Assembly (NCBI GenBank): GCA_043228905.1
Contig: JBHGNT010000004.1
Coordinates: 7,936,001-8,000,000, forward strand
Origin: Azolla caroliniana
Lineage: Eukaryota; Plantae; Polypodiophyta
Length of the DNA stretch: 64,000 bases
Reading direction: 5' to 3'
Below the pieces are notes generated by a model. That model was given only the letters and a program-made list of their open reading frames with translations, was not told the DNA's origin and made no database searches. Both the position numbers and the translations under genes were made by a program. The stretch's first letter is position 1, and every line of letters begins with the position of its first letter. Of this stretch, positions 1 through 14,105 are shown piece by piece.

Positions 1-45
<45 letters not shown>

Positions 46-3000
46 GCTCTGCTACGCACTGTACAACAATTACACCAATAACTCTATACAAAATAATGAC
101 AACCACCATAATACTTTGTTTGCCCTAGGTCATATTTATACTAATATGACTTTCGGACTATTTACAAATATAGCCACAATGGGCCAACAGGAACATATTT
201 ACATATATGTCCCTTCATCCAGTGAGAGGTTCTCACCGGGGTCTGCATCATCCGGCTCTCACCGGGCCTTCATCATCCCATCCGGCATGGGACATCTGGT
301 TAGTCCAATTCGCTTCTGGCATGCGTCCAGCTTGTCGAGCATCAGCACCTTGGTCAACATATCTGACCCATTCTCCTCCGTCTGGATCTTCGTCAACATG
401 AACTCTCAATCTTCCACTCACTCCCGGATCCAGTGGTACCTCCGCTGGATGTGCTTCGTCCTGGAATGATACGTCGCGTTCTTTGCAAGATGGATGGCAC
501 TCTGGCTATCGCAATAGAGCTGGTATTTCTCTTGCCAGATCCCTAGCTCTCCGATGAAGTCCTTCATCCACAGTATTTCCTTGCCAGCTTCCACAACTGC
601 CATGCACTCCACTTCCGTGGTTGACAACACAACCGTCTTCTGCAGCCTCGACTGCCACGAAACAGCTCCCCTTGCATATGTCATAACATATCCCGATGTT
701 GACCGGCTGGTATCCGCATCAACCGACATATCTAAATCAGTGAAACCGTCAAGTTGGGGCTTACTGGAGCTGAATTGGAGACACATACTTGAGGTGCCTT
801 TCAAGTACCAGAGTATCCATTTTACCGCATTCCGGTGCTCCTTGCCGTGATTGCTCATAAACCGGCTCACCACTCCGACTGCATATCCGATATCCGGTCG
901 GGTACACACCATTGCGTACATTAAGCTCCCGACGGCAGAGGCATATGGTATCTTCATCATATCCGCCTTTTCTGCCTTCATCTTTGGGCTTTGCTTACCG
1001 GATAGCTTGCAGTTTGCTGGAAGTGTCGATCCGATCGGTCTCCCGTCTGACATGTTGAACCGCTGAAGCACCTTTGTCACATATTTCTCCTGTGATAGCC
1101 ACAATTGCTTCTTTGACCAGTCCCGGATGATATGCATCCCCAGTATCTGTCTTGTCGGACCCAAGTCTTTCAATTAGAAGGTCCGGTTCAGAGCCTTCTT
1201 CAGCATCCGTATCTTGACTTGGTCTCATTCGACGATCAACATGTCGTCCACATATAGGAGGAGTATCATGAAGTCTCCACCTTCAAACTTCTTCACAAAT
1301 ACGCAGTGATCGGCCTGCGTCTTGTGGTACCCTTGGTCAGTCATAAAGGAGTCGAACTTCCAGTACCATTGCCGGGGAGCCTGCTTCAAACCGTAGAGGC
1401 TCTTCTTCAATCGGAAAATCAGGTGCTCCTTCCCTTTCTTCACAAATCCCTCAAGTTGTTGCATGTCGATCTCCTCTTCGAGGTCGCCGTGGAGGAATGT
1501 CGTCTTCACGCCTAACTGCTCTACCTCGAGGTTCATGCTTGCCGCTATGCTCAGCACCGTCCGAATGGAAGTCATCTTTACTACCGGGGCAAATATCTCG
1601 TCGAAGTCCACACCCTTCTTCTGTTGGAACCCCTTTACCACGATCCTGGCTTTGTATCTTGGGGGGTTGCCAGCATCTCCCGGTTTCAACTTGTACACCC
1701 ACTTATTTTAGACTGCCCAATTTCCTTTCGGCAACTCCACCAGTTCATACGTGTGGTTCTGATGCAGGGAATCCATCTCGTCCTACATGGCACTCAACCA
1801 CTTGCGGCTATGGGTGTCCTCCTTTGCTTCTTTGAAGCTTTCCGGCTCCCCCTCATCGGGTAGCAGCACACGCTCTGCATCCGGAAATCTCCGGGGGAGC
1901 CTTCTCTCTCTGAGAGGATATCTTCGTCTTTGGCTTTTGGCAACCGGCTCCTCTGTTCATTCTTCATCCGAATCCGATTCGGGGTATTGGCATGTTCCGG
2001 TTTCAACTTCTTCTTCTGCCGGTTCGGTGTCCTCTCCGTAACCGGCCGGTTCTTTGAGTGTTAACTGGCTCTTTGCCGGGTAGGTCCATATCTCATCGAA
2101 CCGATCCTTACTGGTCAACTCGGAGTTCATTATCTTCTTCTCCGACTCCCAGTCGACAAGGTTCTTATCCTCCATGAAGATAATATCTCGACTCCGGAAA
2201 ACCTTCTTGTCGACCGGATCCCACACTGGGTAGCCGAACTCATCATCGCCGTATCCGAGGAATATGCAAGGCCGAGACTTTGGATCCAACTTTGCTCTCC
2301 AATCCTTTGCAGCATGCATGTAAGCGAGACACCCAAACACCTTCAGATGTCGGTAAGACACTTCCTTACCGGTCCATACTTTCTGCGGTGAGTCTCCGTC
2401 CAAGGGTACTGAGGGTGATCTGTTTATCACATACGTCGTTGACAGCACCTCAGCCCAAAACGTCTTGGGTAACTTTGCATGTGCTAGCATACTCCGGACC
2501 CTCTCCATTATGGTCTCATTGGTGGCCTTGATCGGAAGGAGGTCTGGTTTTGCTTACCAGCCAAGCAATCAGTGCACTTCTCAAGGTGCACGTCTTTCAC
2601 CGGAATGAGGTTTTCATCGACAAGCCTCTTCATCCCCGTCTCGCTCATGTGACACAGGCTCTTGTGCCATAGCTCACCGGCAGTGTCGGATGCAACGTTC
2701 ACTTCTTCCGGACATATCCGGGCATTCATCAAGTACAGTGTGTTGACCTTCCGGGCTCGAGCCACTATTAGGCTCCCTTTGCAGAACTTCATGATACCGT
2801 TCCGGATGCTACCCGTGTAGCCTTCATCACCTAGTCGACCGGTTGATATCGGGTTCAGTCGAACCTCTGGAACATGTCGGACATCCTTCAGCAGCAGCTT
2901 GCATCCGGTTGGTGTTGTCAACCACACGTCTCCTATGCCAACAATTCGGCACGTACCTTCATTCCCCATCTGAACACAGCCATGATCACCGGTTGTGTAG

Positions 3001-4283
3001 GATGAGAAGCATTTCCGGTCCGGGGTCAGGTGGAACGATGCTCCGGAATCGACAACCCACGTTGTCTTGTCGCCGGCAAGGTTCAACTCACTCTCCTCGA
3101 TGATGACCATCAACTCTTCTTCACTTGCCGCGATTACCGTCGTTCTCTTCCAGTCCGGTCCCCTCCGGTCTTTACCGTTTCGGTCCGATGACCCCTTCAA
3201 ATCGGTACTATGGGTTTCCTTGTCTTTCCGCAAATGACGACAGTTCTCTGGAAATGCCCCGGCTTCCCACAGTAGAAGCAAGTGGGTCTTCCCCTTGACT
3301 TTGACCAAGTCCCCGACTTTTCCCGGTTCTGGGGACTCCAGTTCCTTTATCTTCCTCGTTCCGATTCGGTAAGGAGCGCTTTGGAGTCGGAGCTCGTATC
3401 CTTGTCTTTCCAACGCTCCTCCTCATCTAGCAAGCTCGACTTGACTCTTGCTAGGGATAATTGTTTTCCTTCCGGCCCGGCATTGCCCAAAGTGACAACT
3501 AACGTCTCCCATCTATCTGGGAGGGAACCGAGCAGAAGCAATGCTAGTACCTCATCGGCGAGGGGTACTTGCAACGATGTTGCCTAGTGAATCAGCCCCT
3601 GGAAGGCATTCATGTGCTCCGCCATGCTGGAGCCATCTTGGTATTGGAGCCTCACTAGCTTCCGAAATACCGAAACCCGATTTACAGCATTTTTGTTTTG
3701 AAACATAATGTCGATCTTCTCCCAGAGCTCATGAGCCTTACTCTCCTCATTAAAGTTGTTGTACAGGCTCATGTCGATGAAGCACCATATGTACGCCGTT
3801 GTCTTCATGTGCATCACCTCCCATATCGTGGTATCGATCTTGTCTAGTCTCTTGTCCCCGAACTGAACCGACAACCAGAGATCTTTAACCACGAGCATGT
3901 CCCTCATCTTCGACTTCCACACTAAGTAGTTGGAGCCTGTGAGCTTGAACATGCCTCCCAATGAATCTTCCATTTTATGTGTTGTTTTGCTCTGATACCA
4001 GTTTGTGAGATTATGCGGAATTATGCTCGGCCACAACCGAGTCTTCAATTACTTCGTTGAGAGTTACAAACATAGAAATGGGAATGTGGAGATAGATGCA
4101 CGTATACACAAGAAAACACTGAAAGAGAGTACACAATATGTTTACGTGGAAAACCCTAAACGGGAAAAACCACGAGAGCCCACAAGCTCCAAACTATCAC
4201 TATGTCTAAGAGGAATACAGCACAGAAACACAGAGGCAACGACCTCATGCTCACAATCTTCACCTGGCGGTGGTTACAACAAA

Positions 4284-4320
<37 letters not shown>

Positions 4321-4572
4321 ACACTGTACAACAACAGTTACACCAATAACTCTATACAAAATAATGACAACCACCATAATACTTTGTTTGCCCTAGGTCA
4401 TATTTATACTAATATGACTTTCGGACTATTTACAAATATAGCCACAATGGGCCAACAAGAACATATTTACATATATGTCCCTTCATCCGGTGAGAGGTTC
4501 TCACTAGGGTCTGCATCATCCGGTTCTCACCGGGCCTTCATCATCCCATCCGGAGGGACCGAGATCCTAACA
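1..4572 (-). mobile_element. Ty1/Copia LTR retrotransposon (Tnt1/Tork-like), element C1; 3' LTR runs off the window start
   Basis: 5' LTR 4004-4572 (TG..CA); PBS TGGTATCAGAGC (tRNA-iMet) at 3989-4000; bases 1-285 match the LTR; gag-PR-INT-RT-RH order in broken ORFs (DSGASFH, YVDDML, TKHIQRRYHW). Confidence 0.95.
290..3973 (-). pseudogene. C1 gag-pol polyprotein, frameshifted and with stops
   Basis: ORFs 3584-4048, 3347-3574, 2508-3413, 1957-2508, 1225-1698, 418-1173; the integrase catalytic core is missing at about 2515. Confidence 0.92.
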
Positions 4573-4738
4573 ATATGGTACCGACTTCATATCTTCCCCC
4601 TCTAGACCAGATGTCGAACAATCTCACTGAGAAAGCCGAAGATTAATTGGGAGCGGGGTCGAAGCAAATTTGGTCGATTGCATGTTGAAGTGCTCCAGGA
4701 CACGTCTGATGTAGTCATCTTGAGATAGGAATATAATT

Positions 4739-5442
4739 TGATAGGATACGGACCGTAGATCTATGTGAAATAGTAGACAAAAACTTTACACAACAAGGAA
4801 ATCAGAAATATAACAAAGCATAGAGAATGCACACAGTACACAATATTTTACGTGGAAACCCTAAACAAGGGGAAAACCATGGACAACAGGGAATCACTAT
4901 ATAAACAGAAGATACAGGAGAAAGGACAAGTTACAACTCTTTGTTCTAAACAGAGTATACCCACTTAGGGTTCTTGGCAAGTTTCTCAAAACTGTGTCAC
5001 CGCTCTACCTCTTGTGCACTCTCGCGTCTCTCTTCCTCACACCCAGTTATGCTTTGTACAACACTTCGTTATGTTCTACAACGCTTTATTATGTTTTGCC
5101 CTAGGTGTATATATATAGCAAAACACAATATGGGCTATTTACAAATATGGTTGTTGTTATTATTATTATTACTCTCTGTTAATCAGTCGACTACCCAACT
5201 CCAATTTCAGGTTTCTAATCAGCCCGACTCCCATGTCGGCCCCATGTCGACTATCCAGTCGATATGACTAGTCGGCCTTGACTTTGACTTGGACCATCTA
5301 TATCCAATATTGTCGACTCTTTCTTGTCTTTGATTGTTTACTCTTCCTTGGCCCGACTAGTCAACTATTCCTTGTTTCCGACTGTCGGCTATTCCTTGGC
5401 CGACCCGTTGGCTCCTCCCACAGGAGGGACATATTTCCAACA
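4739..5442 (-). mobile_element. Copia solo LTR
   Basis: TG..CA termini; TSD TAATT at 4734-4738 and 5443-5447; splits the C2 RT frame. Confidence 0.88.
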
Positions 5443-5646
5443 TAATTGTCGCTAATTCCGGAGCCGACTAATCTTCATTCCGAGTATGTGTTGAGCAGGA
5501 CCTAGGTCCTACAATGCAAACTTCAACTGTAGTTGCCGAACAAGATCGGTAAGCTCTCTGACATGCCGGCCGTAGAGAAGCATGTCGTCCACATAAAGGA
5601 TGAGGAAGATGGGGGACCCATCTTGAGTTGTTTTGGAGAAGAGGCA

Positions 5647-6200
5647 TGTGCAGAATAGCGCTCGGCCACAACTGAGTCTCAAACTTACAATGGAAAAAAT
5701 AAACAAAAAATAGCAATGCACTTACGTAGACAATAGAGACGACAACAAATGTTTACGTGGAAAACCCTAATCGGGAAAACCAAGGGAGCCCACAGACTCC
5801 AACTATCACTATGAGAGGAAGGATAAAATGCGAGACTCAGAGGCAACGACCTCGAGCTCTATGTCTTCGCCAACTGGCGGTTACAATAGAAAATACGTTC
5901 TGTTTCTCTCTCGCTCTCTCTGTCTCTCTCTCTGTCTATACAACAAAACAATAACAACATCATCAAAACACTATTTGCCCTAGTTATATTTATACTCATA
6001 TAACTTATGGGATATTTACAAATATGACCTCAACGGTCACGTCTAAACATATTCACAAATATGTTCATACTTGTTGGTTCATACTGGATCCGACCGAACT
6101 CGTTCCGGATCCATACGGTCTGGTTCCTCCCTTAGTCCCGTCTGATCCGGCTTGTCCAGTTATCATCCGGATCCCATCCAGAGGGACTTGTTGCTCAACA
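5647..6200 (-). mobile_element. Copia solo LTR related to the C1 LTR family
   Basis: TG..CA termini; TSD AGGCA/AGACA; shares GTGGAAAACCCTAA..GGGAAAA and CTCGGCCACAAC with the C1 LTR. Confidence 0.85.
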
Positions 6201-6821
6201 AGACAGTGGTTCTCATCACTCTTGGGGAAGCCAACCGATTGTATAAAATCATCAAATTTATTGTTCCATTGTCGTGGAGCCTATTGGGAAACAGGTCCCT
6301 CCGAATGGGAAGAACACCCGAATCAATCAATGGCTATCGGCCCCAGCCAAAAAATCGACTAATCAACAATCAATCGATAATCGACTCGGCTAATATCCAA
6401 ATCGAACGAATCCTATTAAGGCTAATTTGTAAATAGTCATTTAAGTGTATAAGTATAAATAGTTAGGGCAAGTAGTTAAGTATAATCATCATGTTATACT
6501 AAAAAGAGATAGAAAGTAGTTGTGTATGTAACTAGCGCGAGAGAGTTGTAACTTTACAGCCATTTGTCTGACGAAGAAGAACTCAAGGTAGTTGCCTTGA
6601 GATTCTTATTTGTGTATTTCCTCTCAATATAGTGATTCTATTTTGGAGTTTGTGGGCTCCCGTGGTTTTCCCCATTTCAGGGTTTCCACATAAATATCAT
6701 GTCTCCCTGTACTTCTGGTTTCCGTTTGTCTCTGTACTGTCGATTTGATCAATCACGTGTTAGTGAGAACCGGTTGTGGCTGGTTGGGGATCCTAACAAA
6801 CTGGTATCAGAGCGATGGATG

Positions 6822-7371
6822 TGTTGGGAAATTGGTCCCTCCGGATGGGATCCGGATGAGAACTGATCAAGCCGAATCGGACGAATTCAACGAAGGAACC
6901 GGATCGGATGGACCTAGAAGGATATCCAGTTGGATCTACTATGAACCAGAAGAGAGAGACTCATATGTAAATATGTTTCTTAGGGGTCGTTGAGGCCACA
7001 TTTGTAAATAGCTCGTAAGTTATATGAGTATAAATATAACTAGGGAAAATGTGTTGAAAAACTGTGTGTGAGTTATTGTTGTGTTGTACTACACAGACCT
7101 ACACACACAGAGTGAAGCTGAAAGCATTTTTGTTGTAACCGCCAGTTGGCGAAGATAGAGCTCGAGGTCATTGCCTCAGAGTTTCACATTGTAATACCTC
7201 TCCTCATAGTAATCTTGTTCGAAGTTCAGTGAACTCCCATGGTTTTTCCACATTAATACCCTACGTCATCTTGTTTTGATTGTGTAAGTGCATTCATCCT
7301 CTCTCTTTTTATTTTCTATTTCTTCCATTGTGTAATTGAGACTCTGTTGTGGCCGAGCACTATTCCACACA
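6822..7371 (+). mobile_element. Copia solo LTR inserted just after the C3 gag start codon
   Basis: TG..CA termini; TSD GGATG/GGATA; inverted homologue of 5647-6200. Confidence 0.85.
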
Positions 7372-8051
7372 GGATAAACATTTTTCTAGAATGTTCAAGT
7401 TAACCGGCTCCAACTACTCAGTGTGGAAGTCAACGACACGGGATATGCTCGTGTGCAAAGACTTATGTTTGTTAGTGCAATACGGCAAGACCAAGCCTAA
7501 CAATATCGATGCATCAACTTGGGAAGTCATGCATCTAAAGGCAGCAGCGTACATAAGGTGTTTCATAGACATGAGCCTATACAACAACTTTAACGAGGAG
7601 ACAGATGTTGAAGTCCTATAGAAGAAGATCAGGTGCATGTTCGAGAACAAGAACGTCGTAAATAGAGTGTCTGTCTTCATAAAGATCGTGAGACTTCGGT
7701 ATCAGGATGACTCCAGCATGGCGGAGCATCTAAACACCTTCTAGGGACCACTAAATCAAACTACCTCTCTAGAAGTACCTATGGCCGACGAGGTATTAGC
7801 TTTATTGTTGTTGGGATCCCTTCCGGACAGCTGAGAAACGCTCGTTGTCACATTGGGACCTACCGAACCGGAAGGGAAGCATTTTGTTCCGACTGTTCGG
7901 AAATCCGACAGTCGAAGAGTCGGAAAATAGGAGCCGAGTTGATGAGGAACTCGGAATCGTGTAAATAGCCAACTCGGGAGACTATACTTGTAAATAGTCT
8001 AAGTGTGCACGCCATGAGGGCTACGTATGTAAATAACCAAAAAGTTGCATA

Positions 8052-11000
8052 TGTCAGGAATAGTACTAAACATAGAGAGGATTAGTACTAGAGAAGGGAA
8101 GTACTATTAGTACTAAGAGGACGGGACTGCGTAAGACTCCCGAGAGAGGAAGAGAGAAGAGGAGAGAGAGAGAGAGAGATAACGAGGACGAGAGAGAGAG
8201 AGAGAGATGATGATAACAGATTATATATTATAAGAAGAGTAAGTACAAAAGGGCTATGAGGCTAAAGACTAGCGTTGAACCAATTTGGTTCAACATAATG
8301 CCTACTGCCCTCTTTTATAGTGTTCTCAGGAGTAATCCTGAAGCTTCTAGAATGTTCCAGAGAAATCTAGAATATAAATTAATTTCCTATAATAAAATGT
8401 AAATTAAAATAATATCTTACGTATTACAATAGATGATATAATGGTCAAGAGCTCGACCCATATAACCTAAGGTCATGGGTTCGAGTCTTGCCATATCATA
8501 ACATTATCCCCCCTTTAAAACGACGAGTGTCACGAGTCGTTTTGGATGGAGGACCCGGTTTGTGTGGATATTGACGATGGAAGTCTTCAAGAAGCGCCCA
8601 AGCATTGGTCACATTCTCGATCGGTTCCCAAGTACGTTCGTTGGGACTATAGCCTAGCCAATCGACTAGATAGTAGAGCTTGTTGCGATCAATCTTGGAA
8701 TCAAGGATGGCGGCAACCTCATACTCTGGTCCATCTTCAAGCTCGATCAGGGGTGGAGGTTGTATAATACGTCCTGGGATGGTGATCTCGTGATAGGGTT
8801 TGAGGAGAGAACTATGAAACACCGGATGTATCCGAAGTTGAGGAGGTAGATCGAGACGAAATGTGTCATCATTAATCTTTCAGATAATACGGAAAGGACC
8901 TAATCGCCGATAATCCAACTTCTCACATGGGCGAGTAGTCTTGATGTGTCGTCGTAGCAACCACACCCGATCTCCAATGTTAAAACTAGATGGAAGTCGA
9001 TGACGATCCACGTAGACCTTGTGTGTTTGTTGAGCTTGCTGGAGATGAGTAGATAAATCTGCTTGTATATTGCGTAACTGCTCTAAACGATCCTCCGCGC
9101 AAGGATTTGTGGACACCTCTGGGGTTTCAAGTACACTCCACCGAGGGTGACATCCCGTATAAGCATAAAATGGCGTAACTTTAGTCGAAGCGTGGATAGA
9201 GTTATTATAGGCAAATTCAGCAAAGTGGAGAATATCTACCAAGTTATCCTGATGATAGCTGAGAAAGCACCGCAGATACTGCTCCAGCGTTTCATTTGTT
9301 CGTTCGGCTTGGCCGTCGGTTTGTGGGTGGTAGCCGGAGGATAGGTTACAAGTGACCTTGAGCATTTTAAAAAGGTCCTTCCAGAATTTTGACACGAACT
9401 GGGGTCCACGGTCGTTGACGATACTATCGGGAAGTCCATGATGCCAAAATACTTCACGCATGACAATTTCGGCGGTGTCTTCACTGGAGATTTCCTTAGT
9501 ACATGGCAAGAAATGAGCCATCTTCGTATATCGATCTACCACTATTAGAATCGCATTGAACCCCTTAGAGACTGGAAGATCTATGATGAAGTCTAGAGCA
9601 ATGGATTGCCACGGCTTGCTTGGAATTGGTAATGGTTCTAATAAACCATATGGATGATGCCTTGGCATTTTCACTCTGCAGCATGTATCACAAGTCCGAA
9701 CAAAATCTTCGACAAATTGTCACATACGGGACCACCAGAATGATCGTTGTACTAAATCTAATGTTTTAGTACTACCAAAATGCCCAGCTGTATATGTGTC
9801 ATGACAGTTTTGTACTACTCGAAAGCGGCAAGAACCATTAGGAACATACAAAAGTTCTTTAAAGAAGAGTAATCCATCATGGTATTTGAATTGTCGATAG
9901 TCCGTACCTAGTGGTTGCGACTGTGAACACGACGCTCGAGAGGGATCAATTTGTGCTAGTATAGCTTGGGCGAAAGCATCTGTCTTCAGGTCCGCACGTA
10001 TGATATTGATAACGTGGGAATCCATGGGCATGCCAAAAACCTGTGTTGCTTGCAGTCGTGTGTCGGTCCCAAGATTACTTGCTTTTGGTTATCGAAAGTT
10101 GGCTCGTCGGGACACGGTGTTAGATACGAACGTCATGATAATGCATCTGCCTTCCCTTGGTGCTTCCCCGAACAATATGTAATTTTGAAGTCAAAACGCG
10201 TGAGGAAGTGGGCCCACCGATCTTGACGTCGATTTAACACACGAGCATCCTGAAAGTAGGCAAGGTTTTTATGGTCACTAAATACGGTGACTTGATGAGA
10301 GGATCCCTCTAAAAAAGGCCTCCATTGCATAAACGAGTCCACTATTGCCAATAGCTCCTTATCATGAATTTCGTAGTTGATTTCGGCAGCGTCAAACTTG
10401 TGTGAGTGAAAAGCCACAGGATGTAGCTTTTCATCATTACCCTGTTGTGACAAAATGCTCCCCAGTGCGAAATCTGATGCGTCAGCTTCGATAATGAATG
10501 GTTTTTCCGGATCGACATGAGCTAGAATTGGAGCCAATGTAAATGCCTTTTTAAGACTCTCGAAAGCCATATCTACTTCTTCAGACCAAACGAACGATTG
10601 TCCCTTCCTGGTAAGTTGTGTGAGAGGCAGAACGAGCTTTGAGTAATCTTGTATAAACTTCCGGTAAAAATTGGCAAAGCCTAAAAAGCATTCCACGTCC
10701 CGCACCGAGCGCGGAGTCTGTCATTCTACCACCGTCTTGACCTTAGTTGGGTCCATGGAGATGCCTTCTGATGAAATGACGTAGCCGAGAAATTCCAACT
10801 GGTTGCACCCGAAACTACATTTTTCTAGCTTTGCGTAAAGACCATGTTCTCGAAGTCGTTTTAGTACTAATAATACATGAGAATCATGCTCTTCTTCGGT
10901 CTTTGAATAAACCAGTAGATCATCCTAGTAGATGATCAGACACACATCCAAGAGATCTCGGAATATATCATTTGCCATGTGCTGGAAGACTGTTGGCGCA

Positions 11001-13719
11001 TTAGTCAGGCCGAACGGCATGACCGTATACTCGAAGTGACCATATCTAGTGCAGAACACGGTCTTCCATTCATCTCATGGTCGGATCCGTACGAGGTTAT
11101 AGGCCCCCCCTAAGTCAATCTTTGTGAAGAACCTGGCACCATTGATTCGTTCTAAAAGACTTGAGATAAGGGGAAGTGCATACCTATTGCAGATTGTAAC
11201 TTTATTCAAGCCACGATAATCTACCACCAGACGAAGTGAGCCATCCTTTTTCTTGACGAAGAAAATGGGTGCGCCGGCTGGAGATTTCGAATGTCGAATG
11301 AATCCATTCTCCAAATTCTCCTCTATATAGGCTCGAAGGACTTCTAGCTCGGTTGGTGACAAATTGTAGATCGGTCCCCATGGTGGCTCTTTCCCCGGTT
11401 GTAAATCGATGGGGCAATCATATGGTCGATGGTGAGGAAGCGTATTGGCTCATTTTTTATCGAATACATCGGCATAATGATGATACTTCTTTGGAAGCTG
11501 AACGGTGGACTCCTCTTTAATGGTGTCGGAGGGTTTTAGTGATATTGCGAAGAGAAACATTTCTTCCTTGCGTCCTTCTTCCTGCAACTGTCGGAGGGTT
11601 CGTCGACACCGGATTTCTCTTGTTCTCCAATCTATGTTTGGGTTATGTAACTCGAACCATGGTAATCCCAAAACGATGGGATGTTCTGGGATACTAATAA
11701 TGTTAAATGATACTACACATGCTAAGTTATCTAGGACAATATTAACGGGTTCTGACTCTTCTATGATATTTCCGGAAGCAATGGGACGACCATCAATGAC
11801 GACTATAGAGGTTGGACACGGGAGTTTTCTGAGAGATATCTAATGAGCTTGGGCAAAATTCCTATCCATAAAGCAAGAATTAGCTCTGGAGTCTAGAAGT
11901 GCTAAGACGTGTACTGGAGGGGTACTTTTAGTACTAATTGTTACTTGGGCTACGAACACATTGCTAACTTGCTTAGAGGGAATGGAACCACTAATGTGTT
12001 GCACAGATCTAGGGCTGTCCAACCAAACGGCTCCTATTTTGGCTGGACTTAGTCATTTAACTCCTCTTCTAACTGACTAAGGACATCAAATTTGTTCGCT
12101 AGATCTAGGCTATTAGTACTATTAGTACTATCACATATCCCTACTGTAATAGGCTCGGGTTTAGTACAATTAGAACTAGCAACTATTTGGTTTACTTGTC
12201 TTCTTGGCCTATGGGGACAATTTATTGCAATGTGTCTTGGTCCACCGTAGTAGAGACATAGTCGATTTGTTTGGCGTCACTACTTTTCTTCTTCGGATAA
12301 TGGCCCTCGACGACGTGTAGTGTCAATCTCCATCGGAGTTGGAGTATTCACTGGAGGCGCATTATAGTACTCCCTCGGTAAAGGTTTTGCTACCATTGAG
12401 GTGTAGGTGGGCTCTGATCTTGCCCTCGGCATCTGTAGGTGCCATTCTGAACGTCGCTCAAAGAGGCGGTTGTCACATCTCACCGCGCGACTGATTGCTT
12501 CTGTTAAGGACTTTGGCTCTTTAGGGAAAGTCAAGAGTAAATCCTTGACATCGTTGCGTAAACCATAACGAAATTGCTCCATCAACGCTTGATCATCCCA
12601 AGGGATGTCTGCGGCGAGTAGGCGGAAATCTGCAGCGTATGCGGAGGCTGGACAGTCTCCTTGGTGTAATCGCCGGATTTTGTTGATTGCAGTCCTTATG
12701 CTGTCAGTATCCCCAAAGCATGCTTTAAACTCACCTATAACCTCTTCAAAGTTGTTGCGTAATGGAGACTCCTTTTCCAACAGTGGAGCGAACCATGCCA
12801 ACGTTGAGCCACTTAACAACGTCCCTACTAAACCCACTCGTGATGCATCAGTAGGATATCGGGAAGGATGCATTTGAATAACTAATTGTACCTGATTAAG
12901 GAACCCTCTAAACTACGATCGTGTTCCATCAAACTTCGTGGGAAGGCCAATCTTGGGTTCCTTATGAATCCCTTGTGTTTCGGGGCCTTGTTGTTGCATC
13001 TCTACGATTGGTTGCTTCAAGTTGTTGCACGTGTAATGCAAGTTCCCCATGTTGTTGTTGCGTTTGCTGCTTTTCTAAGGAGATTTGTTGAAGATCCCCC
13101 AGCAACCGTTGATTTTCTTATTCCAAAGCAAGGAACTTCTCTTTCAAGCATTGAAACTCCGAGAAAACAGATTGATATTCCTGAGCACTAACGGTGGCCA
13201 TGGGATGAAAAGAAAAGAGGAATAAGAGATTAGTATGAAGGGAGAGAGACAGAAGGGCAAATTGGTTCAAACTGTCATGAATAATACTAAACAGACAGAG
13301 GATTAGTACTAGAGAAGGGAAGTACTATTAGTACTAAGAGGACGGGACTGTGTAAGACTCCCGTGAGAGAGAAAAGAGAAGAGGAGAGAGAGAGAGAGAT
13401 AGTGAGGACGAGAGAGAGAGAAATGATGATAACAGATGATAAATTATAGGAAGAGTAAGTACAAGATGGCTATGAGGCTAAAGACTAGCGTTGAACCAAT
13501 TTGGTTCAACATAATGCCTAGTGCCCTCTTTTATAGTGTTCTTAGGAGTAATCCTGAAGCTTCTAGAATGTTCCAAAGAAATCTAGAATATACATTAATT
13601 TCCTATAATAAAATGTAAATGAAAATAATATCCTACGTATTACAATAGATGATATAATGGTCAAGAGCTCGACCCATATAACTTAAAGTCATGGGTTCGA
13701 GTCTTGCTATATCATGACA
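8052..13719 (-). mobile_element. Ty3/Gypsy chromovirus (Tcn1-like), inserted in the C4 5' LTR
   Basis: LTRs 8052-8503 and 13273-13719; TSD GCATA (8047-8051, 13720-13724); PPT next to 8504; gag-PR(LLDSRA)-RT-RH-INT-chromodomain order. Confidence 0.95.
8496..13201 (-). pseudogene. Chromovirus gag-pol with C-terminal chromodomain
   Basis: ORFs 12280-12873 gag, 11075-11362 RT, 10133-10705 RNase H, 8880-9674 integrase, 8496-8822 chromodomain (YEVAAILDS..YLVDWLGYS..ERTWEP). Confidence 0.93.
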
Positions 13720-14105
13720 GCATAACTATATATGCAACTAGGGCAAACTTTTAGGAAGAATAGAGTGTAAGTACAGAAGTTGTAGAACGTGAGAGAGAGA
13801 GTAGCGTGAGCCACACCATAACTGTGTGAGTAACAACAGACGCGAAGAGCCCTGTGGCGTTGATACACTCGACAGAGTGTTGTAATCATCTTTGTATTGT
13901 ATATCCACTACCATAGTGAAGATTTTGTTCCCGTGGTTTTCTCCCGTTTTAGGGTTTCCATGTAAATCTTTGTACATCTGTTTATCTTGTCTTTCTAGTG
14001 CATTCTTGTGATTCGTATTTCAACGCGTAGTTCATTTATTGTGTTATTGTGATCTATTTCGCACCGATTTCTCAACAAACTAGTATCAGAGCTTGAGGTG
14101 CAAGC

